64,000 nucleotides of DNA from Candidatus Bathyarchaeota archaeon (GTDB lineage Archaea > Thermoproteota > Bathyarchaeia > 40CM-2-53-6). Position 1 is the first letter of the stretch. Every line of letters starts with the position of its first letter. This document shows positions 18,956-29,344 of this stretch, in pieces. The position numbers and the translations under genes were made by a program. The notes below the pieces were generated by a model that was not told the DNA's origin, did not search any database, and worked only from the letters and a program-made list of their open reading frames with translations. Location of the stretch: positions 64,001 to 128,000 of the forward strand of contig CAVPLU010000012.1 in NCBI GenBank assembly GCA_963706285.1, in the 5' to 3' direction.

Positions 18956-20011
18956 TCAAGCGTAACGACCTGGTCTTTTGCCAACCTTGTCCATGATTTT
19001 TCGATATACTTCGATCGCTTCTTGTTCGGAACTGACTCCTTTTATCAGCATCCTCCCGTGAGCGAAAAGAGTGATCTCGCGACCTGCGTATTGAAAGACC
19101 AAGGCCATTGGAGTCCTTAGGTGGATGCGAGTTCCCTTGCCGAGGCGCTTTGGAACGGACCTGAGGTCTATCCTGAGTTGCCTCGATGGATTGATATTCA
19201 CGGTTTCTTTGCCGCAGAGCCACGTGAGTCTCTCTTCAGCAGGTTGTTGAATTGGCTGGGCTACTTGGCACACTTTGCAGTCGCTTCTGATCTGAATATC
19301 TACCGTTCTAAAGTCCATCTCTCGAAAATCGCAAATGAGTAGCTTTCCTTCAAGTGAGGGTTGAATTCCAGCGAGCAATTTGATCGCTTCGGTAGCTTCG
19401 AGTGCACCGATGCTTCCGGTTGTTGTGCCTAGCACACCTCGCGTCTCACAGGTGGGCAAGTATTTGTCGTCGAGGCCTGGCATTATGCATTCCAAACATG
19501 GCGTCTTTGGCGACCTGAATACGGATATGTTTCCCTCCATCCCGATTGCACCCGCGAAAACGTACGGGATCGAGTGTTTCACGGCCGCGCGATTGATTAC
19601 GTATCGAGTTGCCATGTTGTCAAGGCCGTCTACAATACAGTCGCAGTCAGCGACTATTTCGTCGACGTTTGCTTCACGCACATTTTCGGCAACCGGCTCA
19701 AGACGAACTTGAGGGTTGAGACTCTTGAGTCTTCGGACTGCCGCCTCGACCTTTGGGGTTCTCACGTCCTCTACGCCATACAGGATCTGTCTTTGGAGGT
19801 TGTGAGTCTCGACAGTGTCTTGGTCGACCACTCGTATCCTGCCGACTCCGGCCATTGTGAGGTATGCTGCAGCAACTGCGCCTAGGCCTCCTAACCCTAT
19901 TATCGCTACTGTTGCGTGCCTCAGCTTCTCTTGCCCTTCGTGGCCCAGCTCCCGCATGACTTCCTGTCGTGAGTAGTAATCTCTCAGAGAGACATGCTGC
20001 TTCGTTCTCAA
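18956..20011 (-). CDS. ThiF/MoeB/UbaA E1-like adenylyltransferase with extra C-terminal domain
   Basis: YSRQ, GLGGLG, NLQRQ, DGLDN..TR, CLEC, TCETRGVLG, CKVC. Confidence 0.93.
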   Translation of the reverse strand: MRTKQHVSLRDYYSRQEVMRELGHEGQEKLRHATVAIIGLGGLGAVAAAYLTMAGVGRIRVVDQDTVETHNLQRQILYGVEDVRTPKVEAAVRRLKSLNPQVRLEPVAENVREANVDEIVADCDCIVDGLDNMATRYVINRAAVKHSIPYVFAGAIGMEGNISVFRSPKTPCLECIMPGLDDKYLPTCETRGVLGTTTGSIGALEATEAIKLLAGIQPSLEGKLLICDFREMDFRTVDIQIRSDCKVCQVAQPIQQPAEERLTWLCGKETVNINPSRQLRIDLRSVPKRLGKGTRIHLRTPMALVFQYAGREITLFAHGRMLIKGVSSEQEAIEVYRKIMDKVGKRPGRYA

Positions 20012-20096
20012 ACTGGTTCGAGAGGCGATATGACAACTCGGCTATTAAGGCTCAAACCTATGCTTGACCCGGTCGGGTCCTAACCGCCATGTCTAG

Positions 20097-21053
20097 TCAG
20101 GGGAACTTGTAGCCTAACGAGTTGTGGGGGCATGCATCTGCGCATTCCCCGCACAGTATGCACTCTGGGTCATTGAATTTCTCCCAGGGTAATGACAGGA
20201 TTCTGATCTGCATTGGGCAAGCTGCTTCACAGTGAGGACATTTGCTGCATTTCACGGGATCCCTCTTCATGCCCAAGAAGCTGTACTTCTGAAATGGAGC
20301 CATCTTGGCGCCCACAGGACACAGGTACCTGCACCAGAATCGTGGGACCCTGTACGCGCCATAGAAGAATGCTAGCAGAATAATCAGTTCTGCGTAGATC
20401 AAGACCGGAATTGAGCGGATCCACTCTAAGAACTGATTGGCAGAGAGCACCTCGAAGAATGTTGGGGCTACATTCACCTTGAGGTAGAGGAGGGCTCGGG
20501 GAATCGTTGAGAATAGGGTGCCTTCGGGCGCCAAGGGTATTAGAAGCCCGTTTGCAAAGACTCCCAGGGACGTCTTGTATTCGTCACCGAACCCCAACCA
20601 GAGAGAGATTGCCAGCGATATGCTGATCAAGAGAGCGATTGCCACAATGAAATACTTGAGGCGTTTTCCGCTCTCATGAGTGCGGACGTTGACTTGGCTA
20701 AGCGTTCCTTTCGCCGTTGTCACCATGTCTTGGATGAATCCCATCGGGCAGACCCAACCGCATAATGCTCTGCCCAGGAGTGCACCAATTATGAACACGA
20801 AGGCAAGTGCAAGCCACGGCATAATTGGGCTTGCAAGGGCTACTTGGATCACGTCCAAGCTGCCGTAGGCAAGATTCGTTGGCGCATCTACACTCAACAG
20901 TATTGGAAGAGGGATAGTGTATCGCTGAAGCCTTAGGTTAGGGTAGACTTCAGCCAGCAACAAACCGTTCAAGAATAAGATAGACAAGAGTTGCACGATG
21001 AAACGCGGTATGCCGTACATTAACTTGAATCGTTTCTTGTCTTTGTCAGCCAT
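20097..21053 (-). CDS. Membrane 4Fe-4S protein (NapH/MauN/YccM family)
   Basis: GRALCGWVCPMG, RFWCRYLCPVG and two ferredoxin CxxCxxCxxxCP motifs. Confidence 0.92.
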   Translation of the reverse strand: MADKDKKRFKLMYGIPRFIVQLLSILFLNGLLLAEVYPNLRLQRYTIPLPILLSVDAPTNLAYGSLDVIQVALASPIMPWLALAFVFIIGALLGRALCGWVCPMGFIQDMVTTAKGTLSQVNVRTHESGKRLKYFIVAIALLISISLAISLWLGFGDEYKTSLGVFANGLLIPLAPEGTLFSTIPRALLYLKVNVAPTFFEVLSANQFLEWIRSIPVLIYAELIILLAFFYGAYRVPRFWCRYLCPVGAKMAPFQKYSFLGMKRDPVKCSKCPHCEAACPMQIRILSLPWEKFNDPECILCGECADACPHNSLGYKFP

Positions 21054-21070
21054 GTCGCTCCCAACTGTTG

Positions 21071-21196
21071 CTAAGGAAACAATACAGTATACGACTCAAG
21101 CAATCTTGCAAGAGCTTGTGTGTTTCCGAGATACAAGGTCAAAGTGACGAAGGTGAGCCCCAAGAGAAGTGTAAATGAGGCGATGACGCGCTTCAA
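21071..21196 (-). CDS. Small single-TM protein (41 aa) upstream of the 4Fe-4S gene
   Basis: Translated by eye: MKRVIASFTLLLGLTFVTLTLYLGNTQALARLLESYTVLFP (TTG start), ending 17 nt before the next gene. Confidence 0.55.
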   Translation of the reverse strand: MKRVIASFTLLLGLTFVTLTLYLGNTQALARLLESYTVLFP

Positions 21197-21450
21197 TGAG
21201 GTCCCTTCTAGATTTCAAGTTCTGCTAGAGTTTTAAGCGGATACGGATCTGACATAATTATGTCTTTCTAGACGTTTCGACCACGTAGTCGCGACTCTCA
21301 CAACAGATCGGAATCTTAGGGATCGTGGCTGAAACGCCCGCATGCCGACGCATCTTTCCCATCTCTGTAGTCTGCTCAAGGCTTATGTGATCAGAGGCGG
21401 TCCACGATGAAGAATCTCGGGTTCGACAACTCGGATGCATGTGACAAGAT

Positions 21451-21792
21451 ATGCGTGCTGCTGTTTCACTCTGGAAAAAGATTCGGTTGACTGCGGGCCA
21501 AAGAACGAAGGGGAAAGCATCGCACATGCTTCCAATCCGGGACCCAGATCTGCTCGTGATGGCTGAAACGACACGCCGAAAGATGGAAGCCGAACGCACC
21601 CTGGAAACTGTTTTCGAAAAGGTAAAGCCAATACTCCGTGGAGAGGTAGAACCGGCACGTCCAGCTCGACCATCCGAGATACCGACCGATCTCAAAGCGC
21701 AAGTCTCGGCTATGACTGACCCCGAGCAGAGAATCCGCGCCATTGTAGAATTCAAACTGTCTGGGAAGATGCACCAGAATCATCAGGACTAG
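21451..21792 (+). CDS. Hypothetical protein (start uncertain, possibly frameshifted)
   Basis: Protein-like helical C-terminal half filling the intergenic gap. Confidence 0.45.
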   Translation: MRAAVSLWKKIRLTAGQRTKGKASHMLPIRDPDLLVMAETTRRKMEAERTLETVFEKVKPILRGEVEPARPARPSEIPTDLKAQVSAMTDPEQRIRAIVEFKLSGKMHQNHQD

Positions 21793-21968
21793 ATCACAAA
21801 CGCGCAAAGTTGACTTCAAGGTGCAACAACGTTACGTCTGGAAGTATATCCTCGCATTGCTGGACCGCCTCGTGAGTTGAGATTTCCGAGCGGAGCCCAT
21901 GGGCTCGTAATATGGGGACCTTATGAGCTTCCTCCGCATCGTTTCTGTCAGCACCCACGGTGCAAGAG

Positions 21969-23348
21969 ATGGCAAGTCTGGAAAAACCTCAAGGCCTTTT
22001 TGTCACAGCAGATAATGCGTCGATGTTCGCTGACCTCTACGAGCTCACCATGGCTGCAGCGTACTTCGAGAACCAAATCCCAGAAGAGGCAGGTTTCGAA
22101 CTATTCGTAAGACATCTTCCGAAGAACTTCTCATACATTGTCGCGGCAGGACTCGAACAGGCTCTCGACTACATCCTTAAACTCAGCTTCTCTGACAAGC
22201 AGATAGATTTCCTGAGAGAACATCCATCTTTTAGTCACATTGAGCAGAAATTCTTCGAATATTTGAGAGAGTTCAAGTTCAAAGGCGACGCTTGGGCGGT
22301 TCCCGAAGGAACCGTCGTCTTCCCAGGCGAACCACTCTTTCAAGTCGCTGGGAACATCATCGAAGCACAAATTGTTGAGACGTACTTGCTAGCTATGATC
22401 AATTTCCAGACTCTAATCGCTAGCAAAGCATCTAGGGTCGTTGAAGCCGCGGCGGGCCGAGACATCATTGAATTCGGTTCCAGGCGAGCCCATGGACCTC
22501 AGGCTGCATTGCTTGCGGCAAGAGCGTCGTACCTTGGCGGTTGCGTCGGGACGTCTAACCTGTTAGCAGGATATGAGTTGGGCATACCGACTTACGGGAC
22601 GATGGCACACTCGTTCATAATGACGTTTGACTCAGAGCGGGAGGCGTTCCTTGCCTACAAGAAGGCTTTCCCGGACAACATGGCGTTGCTGATAGACACT
22701 TACGACACGATTGAAGGAGCAAAGACGGCTGCTAGTCTCGGGGTCTCCCCAACGCTTGTACGCTTGGACAGCGGTGATCTCCTTGACCTGAGTGTGAGGG
22801 TCAGACGCATCCTTGACGAAGCAGGACATAAGAACACGAAAATCTTTGCGAGTGGAGATCTGAACGAGTACAAAATCCGCGATTTGGTTTCCAAAGGCGC
22901 ACCGATCGACTCTTTCGGTGTGGGAACGGAGTTGGTTACATCAAGAGATGATCCTGCTTTGCCGGGCATCTATAAGCTAGTCGAACTCCGTCGAGGGTCA
23001 CAGACCATTCCTAGGGTTAAGTTGAGTCCGGCCAAAGTCACGATCCCAGAACTCAAGCAAGTGTTTCGGGCGTACAATAGCTCAGGCCTAATCGAACAAG
23101 ACATTGTCGCAATAAGTGACGAGCACTTCGAAAACGCCACCACTCACCCACTGCTCACGAGAGTGATCGACAAGGGGCAGATAGTGTACCGCTTTCCATC
23201 CCTGTCGGAATCTCGCGAGTTCGGACGAAAACAGATGCAGACCCTCCCGCGAGAGTTCAGAGATCTAACGGTCGTTGCCGAGGCACCAGTGCGATTGAGC
23301 CCTAAGCTCTCTGCCTTGTGTGAGAAACTTTACCACGGAATAGCCTAA
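21969..23348 (+). CDS. pncB: Nicotinate phosphoribosyltransferase
   Basis: DLYELTM, EFGSRRAHG, GTMAHS, LIDTYDT, RLDSGD, FGVGT. Confidence 0.96.
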   Translation: MASLEKPQGLFVTADNASMFADLYELTMAAAYFENQIPEEAGFELFVRHLPKNFSYIVAAGLEQALDYILKLSFSDKQIDFLREHPSFSHIEQKFFEYLREFKFKGDAWAVPEGTVVFPGEPLFQVAGNIIEAQIVETYLLAMINFQTLIASKASRVVEAAAGRDIIEFGSRRAHGPQAALLAARASYLGGCVGTSNLLAGYELGIPTYGTMAHSFIMTFDSEREAFLAYKKAFPDNMALLIDTYDTIEGAKTAASLGVSPTLVRLDSGDLLDLSVRVRRILDEAGHKNTKIFASGDLNEYKIRDLVSKGAPIDSFGVGTELVTSRDDPALPGIYKLVELRRGSQTIPRVKLSPAKVTIPELKQVFRAYNSSGLIEQDIVAISDEHFENATTHPLLTRVIDKGQIVYRFPSLSESREFGRKQMQTLPREFRDLTVVAEAPVRLSPKLSALCEKLYHGIA

Positions 23349-23489
23349 GCACTATTGAGTAGGGACCTCAGCCAAGTGCCAAGCGACATCAGTCGATCAG
23401 GGAACCCACTCTATCGGAATGGGGCTCAAAGCTGAACACTTAAGTGAGGTGCCTAGCATCCAACGCGCGTCAGCAGAACCGAACGATTC

Positions 23490-24375
23490 GTGATCGCGAT
23501 GACTTTTCTCGCCAGCATAGGTAATTACATTGAGGTGACAAAACCTAAGACTGTTGCCTTGTTGGTTTTCACTTCCGTTGCTACCACGGCAATAGCAGCG
23601 CTTTCTGCAAAATGGTTCGTGCCATCCGTATTACTGGCAGGCTTGATTGCGATAACCGCCGCCTCGGCCGGATGCAATACTGTGACATGCTATATCGACA
23701 GGGACATCGACAAGGTCATGCGCCGAACGAGTCACAGACCGATTCCTACGGACCGTATCGAGCCCGCAGAGCGTGCACTGGTCTGGGGCCTCGGCTTGAT
23801 AGCGTTGGGGCTTGTGATCGGTTTGTGGATCAATCTTGTTTCTTTCGTGATTCTGGCGCTTGGTGTGCTGGATAATGTCGTTGTGTATAGTCTTTGGCTG
23901 AAGAGAAGGAGCTCGCTCAACATAATCCTGGGCGGCTTCAGCGGAGGATTGCCAGCAATGTTCGGATGGAGCATGATCACTGGAACAATCAGTCTCCTGC
24001 CAATCCTGCTTGCCGCACTAGTGGTGTTGTGGATTCCCAGTCACATTTGGAGTCTCGCAATTCTCAGCAAAGAAGACTACGCTCTAGCAGGCGTACCGAT
24101 GCTACCGGTTGTGATGAAGGAAAAGGTCGCATTGCGATGTATTGTTGCTACTGTGCTTCTGATGATTCCCTTCTCCTTGGCGATCTATTCAGAAGGAGGC
24201 TTTAGCTGGATCTACGCTGCATCCGCCAGTTGTTCTGGGTGCTGCCGTCTTGGTGTTGAATGTGTATTTGTTTTTCCGTCCGACGAGACAGAACGCCTAC
24301 CGAGCGTTCAAGATTTCGAGCCCTTACCTATTCCTGCTGTTTCTCGCGATGGTCATCGACAGAGTTCTTCTCTGA
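23490..24375 (+). CDS. cyoE: Protoheme IX farnesyltransferase (heme o synthase); one frameshift near 24230
   Basis: TKP, DRDIDKVMRRTSHRPIP, YSLWLKRR, W.P.H.WSL and DY..AGVPMLPV; C-terminus (FKISSPYL) in another frame. Confidence 0.92.
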
Positions 24376-24389
24376 GCGACGTTCACATC

Positions 24390-25569
24390 TTAGTATCCCA
24401 GTATTCTCATCAGGATATCTACTCCAATAGGAATCTTGCACGTGACGACCTTCCTGATTCCTGATGTTTGCAGAATTCCCATGGTGCGATCGAAGATCCT
24501 GTCGTGACGCATGAAGATATCCGCGAATCTTCTCATTCGTGCTGAATTCGCAAGTTGGCGGCCAAAGACGCTCTTCCATCTGGTCTCGTAGCGAGATAGC
24601 GGTGTGTCTTTCTTCACATGGAGAGCTGCAATTTCGCCTGCAATTCGCCCTGACACCATAGCGGTGGGTATTCCTCCGCCATTCGTAGCCATCACCATGC
24701 CGGCTGCATCTCCGACCAGAAGAAGCCTGTCGGAGTAGGTCTTGGATACGGCCCCGTCAATTGGCAGAGGATCCGCGATCATTGTCAAGGATGTTGCCTG
24801 AATGTGACTTGTCGGTTGTGAGAGAACACTTGTGAACAAAATAGTCAAGCCGATCCTTCGCTCGTCCGGACTTGAACGTGGTTCGAATTCCTATTCCTAT
24901 GTTTGCGGTTGTGGAGCTCTTCGGAATTATCCACCCGTATCCGCCGGGCGCGATGGCGGTGCTCATGTACATCTCGGTAACATCAGGTTCTACGGTCAGA
25001 TTGTCCATGACATACTGATAGTTTACAGCGACATTCTCCGGACGCATATAGCGATCACAAACGAGTCCTCCTGAAGTGGCCACTTCAGATGGAAAACCAT
25101 CAGCGGCAATTACCACCTCTGCGTCTAGACACTCCGGTTCGGTCGTTCCAACTTCGATCTTGCGTTGATCTTCTGAGACTCGAACTCGACGCCCGAGCCT
25201 GATTTCCACGCCAAGCCTATTGGCTTCCCTTGCCATCTTCTGCTCTAGAAGGATTCGATCAAGCACGTATGCTTTGAACGGGAACTCCCAACATTTCCCA
25301 CTCGGAGAGAACATACGAAGCGTTTCACAGGTGTTAGCTATGACATCGGGGGGCATTTCGAAAAGGTGTTCGAAATCCTCGGCTCCCGGTAGAAGGTCCA
25401 GCATCTCCTCTTTGCATGGGAAATACTCTCCACACTTTACGGGCATGCCGATTGTTGTCTTCTTATCGAGTAGTAGGACCGATGCTCCGCCTTCCGCTGC
25501 AGCGATTGCGGCCTGCAGACCAGCTGGGCCGGCTCCTACGACGACTATTTCGAAACGCTGTGAGTCCAC
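24390..25569 (-). CDS. Geranylgeranyl reductase family protein (DGGGPL reductase-like); one frameshift near 24800
   Basis: VVGAGPAG, PVKCGE, IAADG, PGGYGWIIPK, LVGDAAG...GGGI. Confidence 0.9.
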
Positions 25570-25694
25570 CAATTGCCATTCAAGCCGTGATATGTAGTCG
25601 CGGCTCGAGCAGTAGGGGAGTTCATTTTTAAACACTCTTCCGGATTAGAATTGGTCAATTCATAAGGGCATGATATATAAATCAGGATAAGACT

Positions 25695-26774
25695 ATGTCT
25701 AGTAAATACCATGAGGAGGAAATTGGTTTGGAAGCAAGAAAAGTACAACGCGTCGGCTACTCGACTCTCACAGTCTCTCTGCCTCGCAGCTGGGTCCAGG
25801 AAGTCAATCTCAAACAAGGGGACGTAGTTTCAATCAGAAGAGAGGATGATGGATCGCTTAGAGTGTTTACTGGTCTAGAGCAGAAGCATGAGGAAGCAAA
25901 AAAGTGCATAATTGACGCTGACCTGTGCGACAAACCCGACCTCCTCAGTCGAATCATCACAGGGAACTACATACTTGGCCATGACACAATCCAAGTGGTC
26001 TCCAAACGAGAGCTTAAACCCGAGCACCTTGAAGAAACCAGACGAGCAACCCAAAGGCTGACCGGTCTAGGCATAGTCGAACAGACTCTGAAGCAAGTGA
26101 CGGTCCAAAGCTTCGTCGATCCCACGAAATTCCCTGTTTATGGGCTTATTCGTAGGCTCCACATAGTGGTTTCCTCGATGCAAGAAACCGCTGTCAAGGC
26201 ACTCGTCGAAAAGCGACCAGATCTTGCGAACGAAGTGTCGCACATGGAAACGGAGGCTGACCGAATCTACTGGCTCGTTGTCAGACAACTCCTCCTTGCA
26301 ATTCGCGACAGAAGCGTGGGCGCAAAGATCGGAATATTATCACCAACTCACGTCGCAGGAAATAGGGTGGTAGTGAAGACCTTAGAAGAGATGGCTGACT
26401 CCGCAGAAAATATCGCGAAAGAGGTGTTGTCCGTGAAGGAGCTAGGCGCCGCAAACGAGCAGATACTCGATGGGATTACGAAATTCAGTGTAATGGTTCA
26501 GTCCGTCTCTGAAAAAATGATGAAGTCATTGTTGACTCTTGACGTCAAACTAGCTAACGATGCGATTGCCGGCAGTGAGCTGGCCATGAAGGAGCAAAGG
26601 AAATTGACAGAGAAAATTCTTGGCTCGGTGAAGGACGTTGGTCTTGCGGTTTGCCTACGTACAATCGTTTGGAATTTAGCCGACATTGCCAAAGACGCTA
26701 AGATCATTGGCGAGATCGCAATAAACCGCACTCTAGAGGCGCCCAGCGAGATCTGCAGACTCGAAAAAGCCTAG
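25695..26774 (+). CDS. AbrB-PhoU phosphate uptake regulator
   Basis: RKVQRVGYSTLTVSLPRSW AbrB domain followed by PhoU helical repeats. Confidence 0.9.
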   Translation: MSSKYHEEEIGLEARKVQRVGYSTLTVSLPRSWVQEVNLKQGDVVSIRREDDGSLRVFTGLEQKHEEAKKCIIDADLCDKPDLLSRIITGNYILGHDTIQVVSKRELKPEHLEETRRATQRLTGLGIVEQTLKQVTVQSFVDPTKFPVYGLIRRLHIVVSSMQETAVKALVEKRPDLANEVSHMETEADRIYWLVVRQLLLAIRDRSVGAKIGILSPTHVAGNRVVVKTLEEMADSAENIAKEVLSVKELGAANEQILDGITKFSVMVQSVSEKMMKSLLTLDVKLANDAIAGSELAMKEQRKLTEKILGSVKDVGLAVCLRTIVWNLADIAKDAKIIGEIAINRTLEAPSEICRLEKA

Positions 26775-28204
26775 AGCACGGTTGCGATCCGTAGCACAAG
26801 CGAGAAGAACGGTTCGGGGTAGACCCCGATCAGGACCGTGATTGCCGTCGACAACGCTAGCACTCCCACAAAGAGGCGAGGCTCTTTTACCGGGGTCATA
26901 TCAGGCGCTTCGTCAAGATACATTCGTTTTATGACCCAGCCATAGTATGCAAGAGAGAAGGCACTGTTCAACACACCTGCTAGCGCCAACCAATACAGGT
27001 TTGAGTCCATAGCGGCGGTGAAAAGGATCAATTTGCTCATGAATCCACTAAGAGGAGGCACCCCTGCAAGCCCCAGCAATAATATGCTCAAGGTAAATGC
27101 CGTGTAAGGCATCCTCTTCCCCAAGCCAGAGTAACCGTCGAGAGTGGTCGTTGATAGCATCATCAAGACAGCTGCAGCCGCCAAGAAAGCTGCAGACTTC
27201 ATGACCGAATGATTCAGTATGTGGAATAGAGCGCCTCCTACGCCAAGTGCGGTGGGCGCAGCTAGACCGATCATTATGTAACCTGACTGGGCGATGCTGG
27301 AATAGGCGAGCATACGAGTGAAACTCTTCTGCATCAACGCTCCGACATTTCCCAATGTCATCGTCAGCAAAGCGACCACAGCAAAGATCGTTGACCAATC
27401 ACTCTTGAAGAAAACCAAAGCGACAACGAAGATTCTCAGTAGCGCCGCAAATCCGCCGGCTTTTGTTCCCGCTGCCAGCAATGCAGCAATCGTTGTGGGA
27501 GCACCTTCATATGCGTCTGGTATCCACATGTGGAATGGAACCGCTGCAACTTTCATTCCGAAACCGGCGACAAAAAGTGCTACAGCGAGAATGCTCAGCG
27601 GTTTCAGCAATAGATTCTGAGAACTCAAAGTCTCACTAATCGTAATGATATTAGTGCTTCCTGTCACTCCGAAAAGCAATGATATAGCATAGATGATCAG
27701 GCCAGATGACAACGCGCTGGTCAGGAAGTACTTGACGGCTGCCTCATTGGAAGCTGGGTCCTTCTTGAAAATGCCCGTGAGAACATATGTTGGGATGCTC
27801 ATCAATTCCCATGAAACGAATAGTGCGACCAAGTCTACAGATAGCGCCACCAACATCATTCCAAAGGTAGAGAAGAGAAGTAGGCCATAGTACGCCAGAT
27901 TGTTCTCGTCCTGCCTCATGTACGATATCGATGCAATGTTGACAAGCGTCGAAATGAACAGAAAGATAACTGCAAAGAACATAGAAAACGCATCGAAGTT
28001 GAGCACACCATAGACAAGTATCGGCTGTGGCGAATTTCGGAAGAGCACTACAAGAGCCGAAAAGAGTGAGATTACCAGCGCTGCCATAGTCCAGTAGGGC
28101 ACAAGGTTCCTGGCGCCTAGCCGGCGGTGCAATTGACCGACAGCGGGGGTCAGCAAACCGAAGAGCGGAAGCGGCGCCAGTATCAGTACAGTAGACCAGT
28201 CCAT
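26771..28204 (-). CDS. nuoN: NADH-quinone oxidoreductase subunit N
   Basis: EAAVKYF, KVAAVPFHMWIPDAYEGAPT, RMLAYSSIAQSGY. Confidence 0.95.
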   Translation of the reverse strand: MDWSTVLILAPLPLFGLLTPAVGQLHRRLGARNLVPYWTMAALVISLFSALVVLFRNSPQPILVYGVLNFDAFSMFFAVIFLFISTLVNIASISYMRQDENNLAYYGLLLFSTFGMMLVALSVDLVALFVSWELMSIPTYVLTGIFKKDPASNEAAVKYFLTSALSSGLIIYAISLLFGVTGSTNIITISETLSSQNLLLKPLSILAVALFVAGFGMKVAAVPFHMWIPDAYEGAPTTIAALLAAGTKAGGFAALLRIFVVALVFFKSDWSTIFAVVALLTMTLGNVGALMQKSFTRMLAYSSIAQSGYIMIGLAAPTALGVGGALFHILNHSVMKSAAFLAAAAVLMMLSTTTLDGYSGLGKRMPYTAFTLSILLLGLAGVPPLSGFMSKLILFTAAMDSNLYWLALAGVLNSAFSLAYYGWVIKRMYLDEAPDMTPVKEPRLFVGVLALSTAITVLIGVYPEPFFSLVLRIATVL

Positions 28205-28353
28205 GTCTGAACCTCGCAGATCCGTAGCTGTTCAATCAACGACATATTAAGACCTTAGTCCGATCCCCGTGATCTCACGGTCAGCTATGCGGTTCACAAA
28301 AAGCTATTTGCTGCTCCCACTTCACCTCAGGGCGGGAAGCTCAAGGACGGAGA

Positions 28354-28677
28354 ATGATAGCTTTGTCATCGCTTGAAGTCATGAAGAAAATAGTAGATGC
28401 AGAGAAACAAAGCCAAGAGATACTCGAAACAAGCAAACTAGAGATCTCCGAAATGAAGAGAAATATTCCTAACAGAACCGCTTCAATGAGACAAGAGATC
28501 CTTCGCAAAGCAAATGAGGAAAGGCAGAAGGCACTCGCCGAAGCTGAGGGAGTCGGTGCTCAAGAGGCTGATAAGATAGCCTTGGAAGCGAAGAAGCAGG
28601 TTCAATCACTATCCCAGATCTCGAAGGACAAACGAAACCAAGCCGTGGAAGCAGCCATCAAGCTGCTCCTTTCATGA
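28354..28677 (+). CDS. atpH: A/V-type ATP synthase subunit H (peripheral stalk)
   Basis: Charged coiled coil (SLEVMKKIVDAEKQ...AVEAAIKLLL) heading the E/C/K block. Confidence 0.75.
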   Translation: MIALSSLEVMKKIVDAEKQSQEILETSKLEISEMKRNIPNRTASMRQEILRKANEERQKALAEAEGVGAQEADKIALEAKKQVQSLSQISKDKRNQAVEAAIKLLLS

Positions 28678-28695
28678 CGCGTGAGGTGATTATCG

Positions 28696-29321
28696 ATGAG
28701 TACCGGTTTAGACAGACTCGTGGAAGACATCATGAAGGAAGGCAGGGTAAAAGCCGAAGAAATCAAGAGAGAAGGCCTAGACTCAGATCGAGGATAGCGT
28801 CTCAAGAGCAAGAGCTGACGCCATCAGAGAAGCAGAAGAGATCGTTCGAAACACAAAGACTGAATGCGATGCTGCTGTCAATAGACGACTAAGCCAAGAG
28901 AAACAGAAAGCTCGCATAGCCTATCTGACTGAGAAGAACAAGGTCCTCGACGATATCATGAAAGAGGTGCGACACAAAGCTTGTCGAGCTTTGTAGCGAC
29001 GAATCCCGATATCGCCCGTTTCTAGTGAAATCAATCGCCCGTGGAATTGAAGCAATTCCATCTGACAGGAGTCAAAGTTGCTTTGTCTGGATACAGACCT
29101 GCGTCGATACCGAGGCTCGAAGTTGCTTGAGGAAGTACTTGCCACTGTGAAAACCCCAAAAACAGCCGTGCTCAGCAGATCAGTCTATTGAGACAATAGG
29201 GGGAGCCATTGTTACTTCACAGGATGACAAGGTGCGAGTGGACTGTACCTTGGAGGCGAAGCTCGAACTGACCAAGACACAGTTGCTTACCGAAGTATCC
29301 AAGATACTCTTCACTTCCTAG
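28696..29321 (+). pseudogene. atpE: A/V-type ATP synthase subunit E; multiple frameshifts (error or decay)
   Basis: MSTGLDRLVEDIMKEG start and IETIGGAIVTSQDDKVRVDCTLEAKL...EVSKILF end lie in different frames. Confidence 0.8.
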
Positions 29322-29344
29322 TCAACGATCAAGAAGCTGGCGAA

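Noticed and set aside
18944-19223. N-terminal extension of the ThiI-like ORF in the ORF track
   Set aside because: It is an alternative frame of the ThiF gene, low-complexity basic and not THUMP-like
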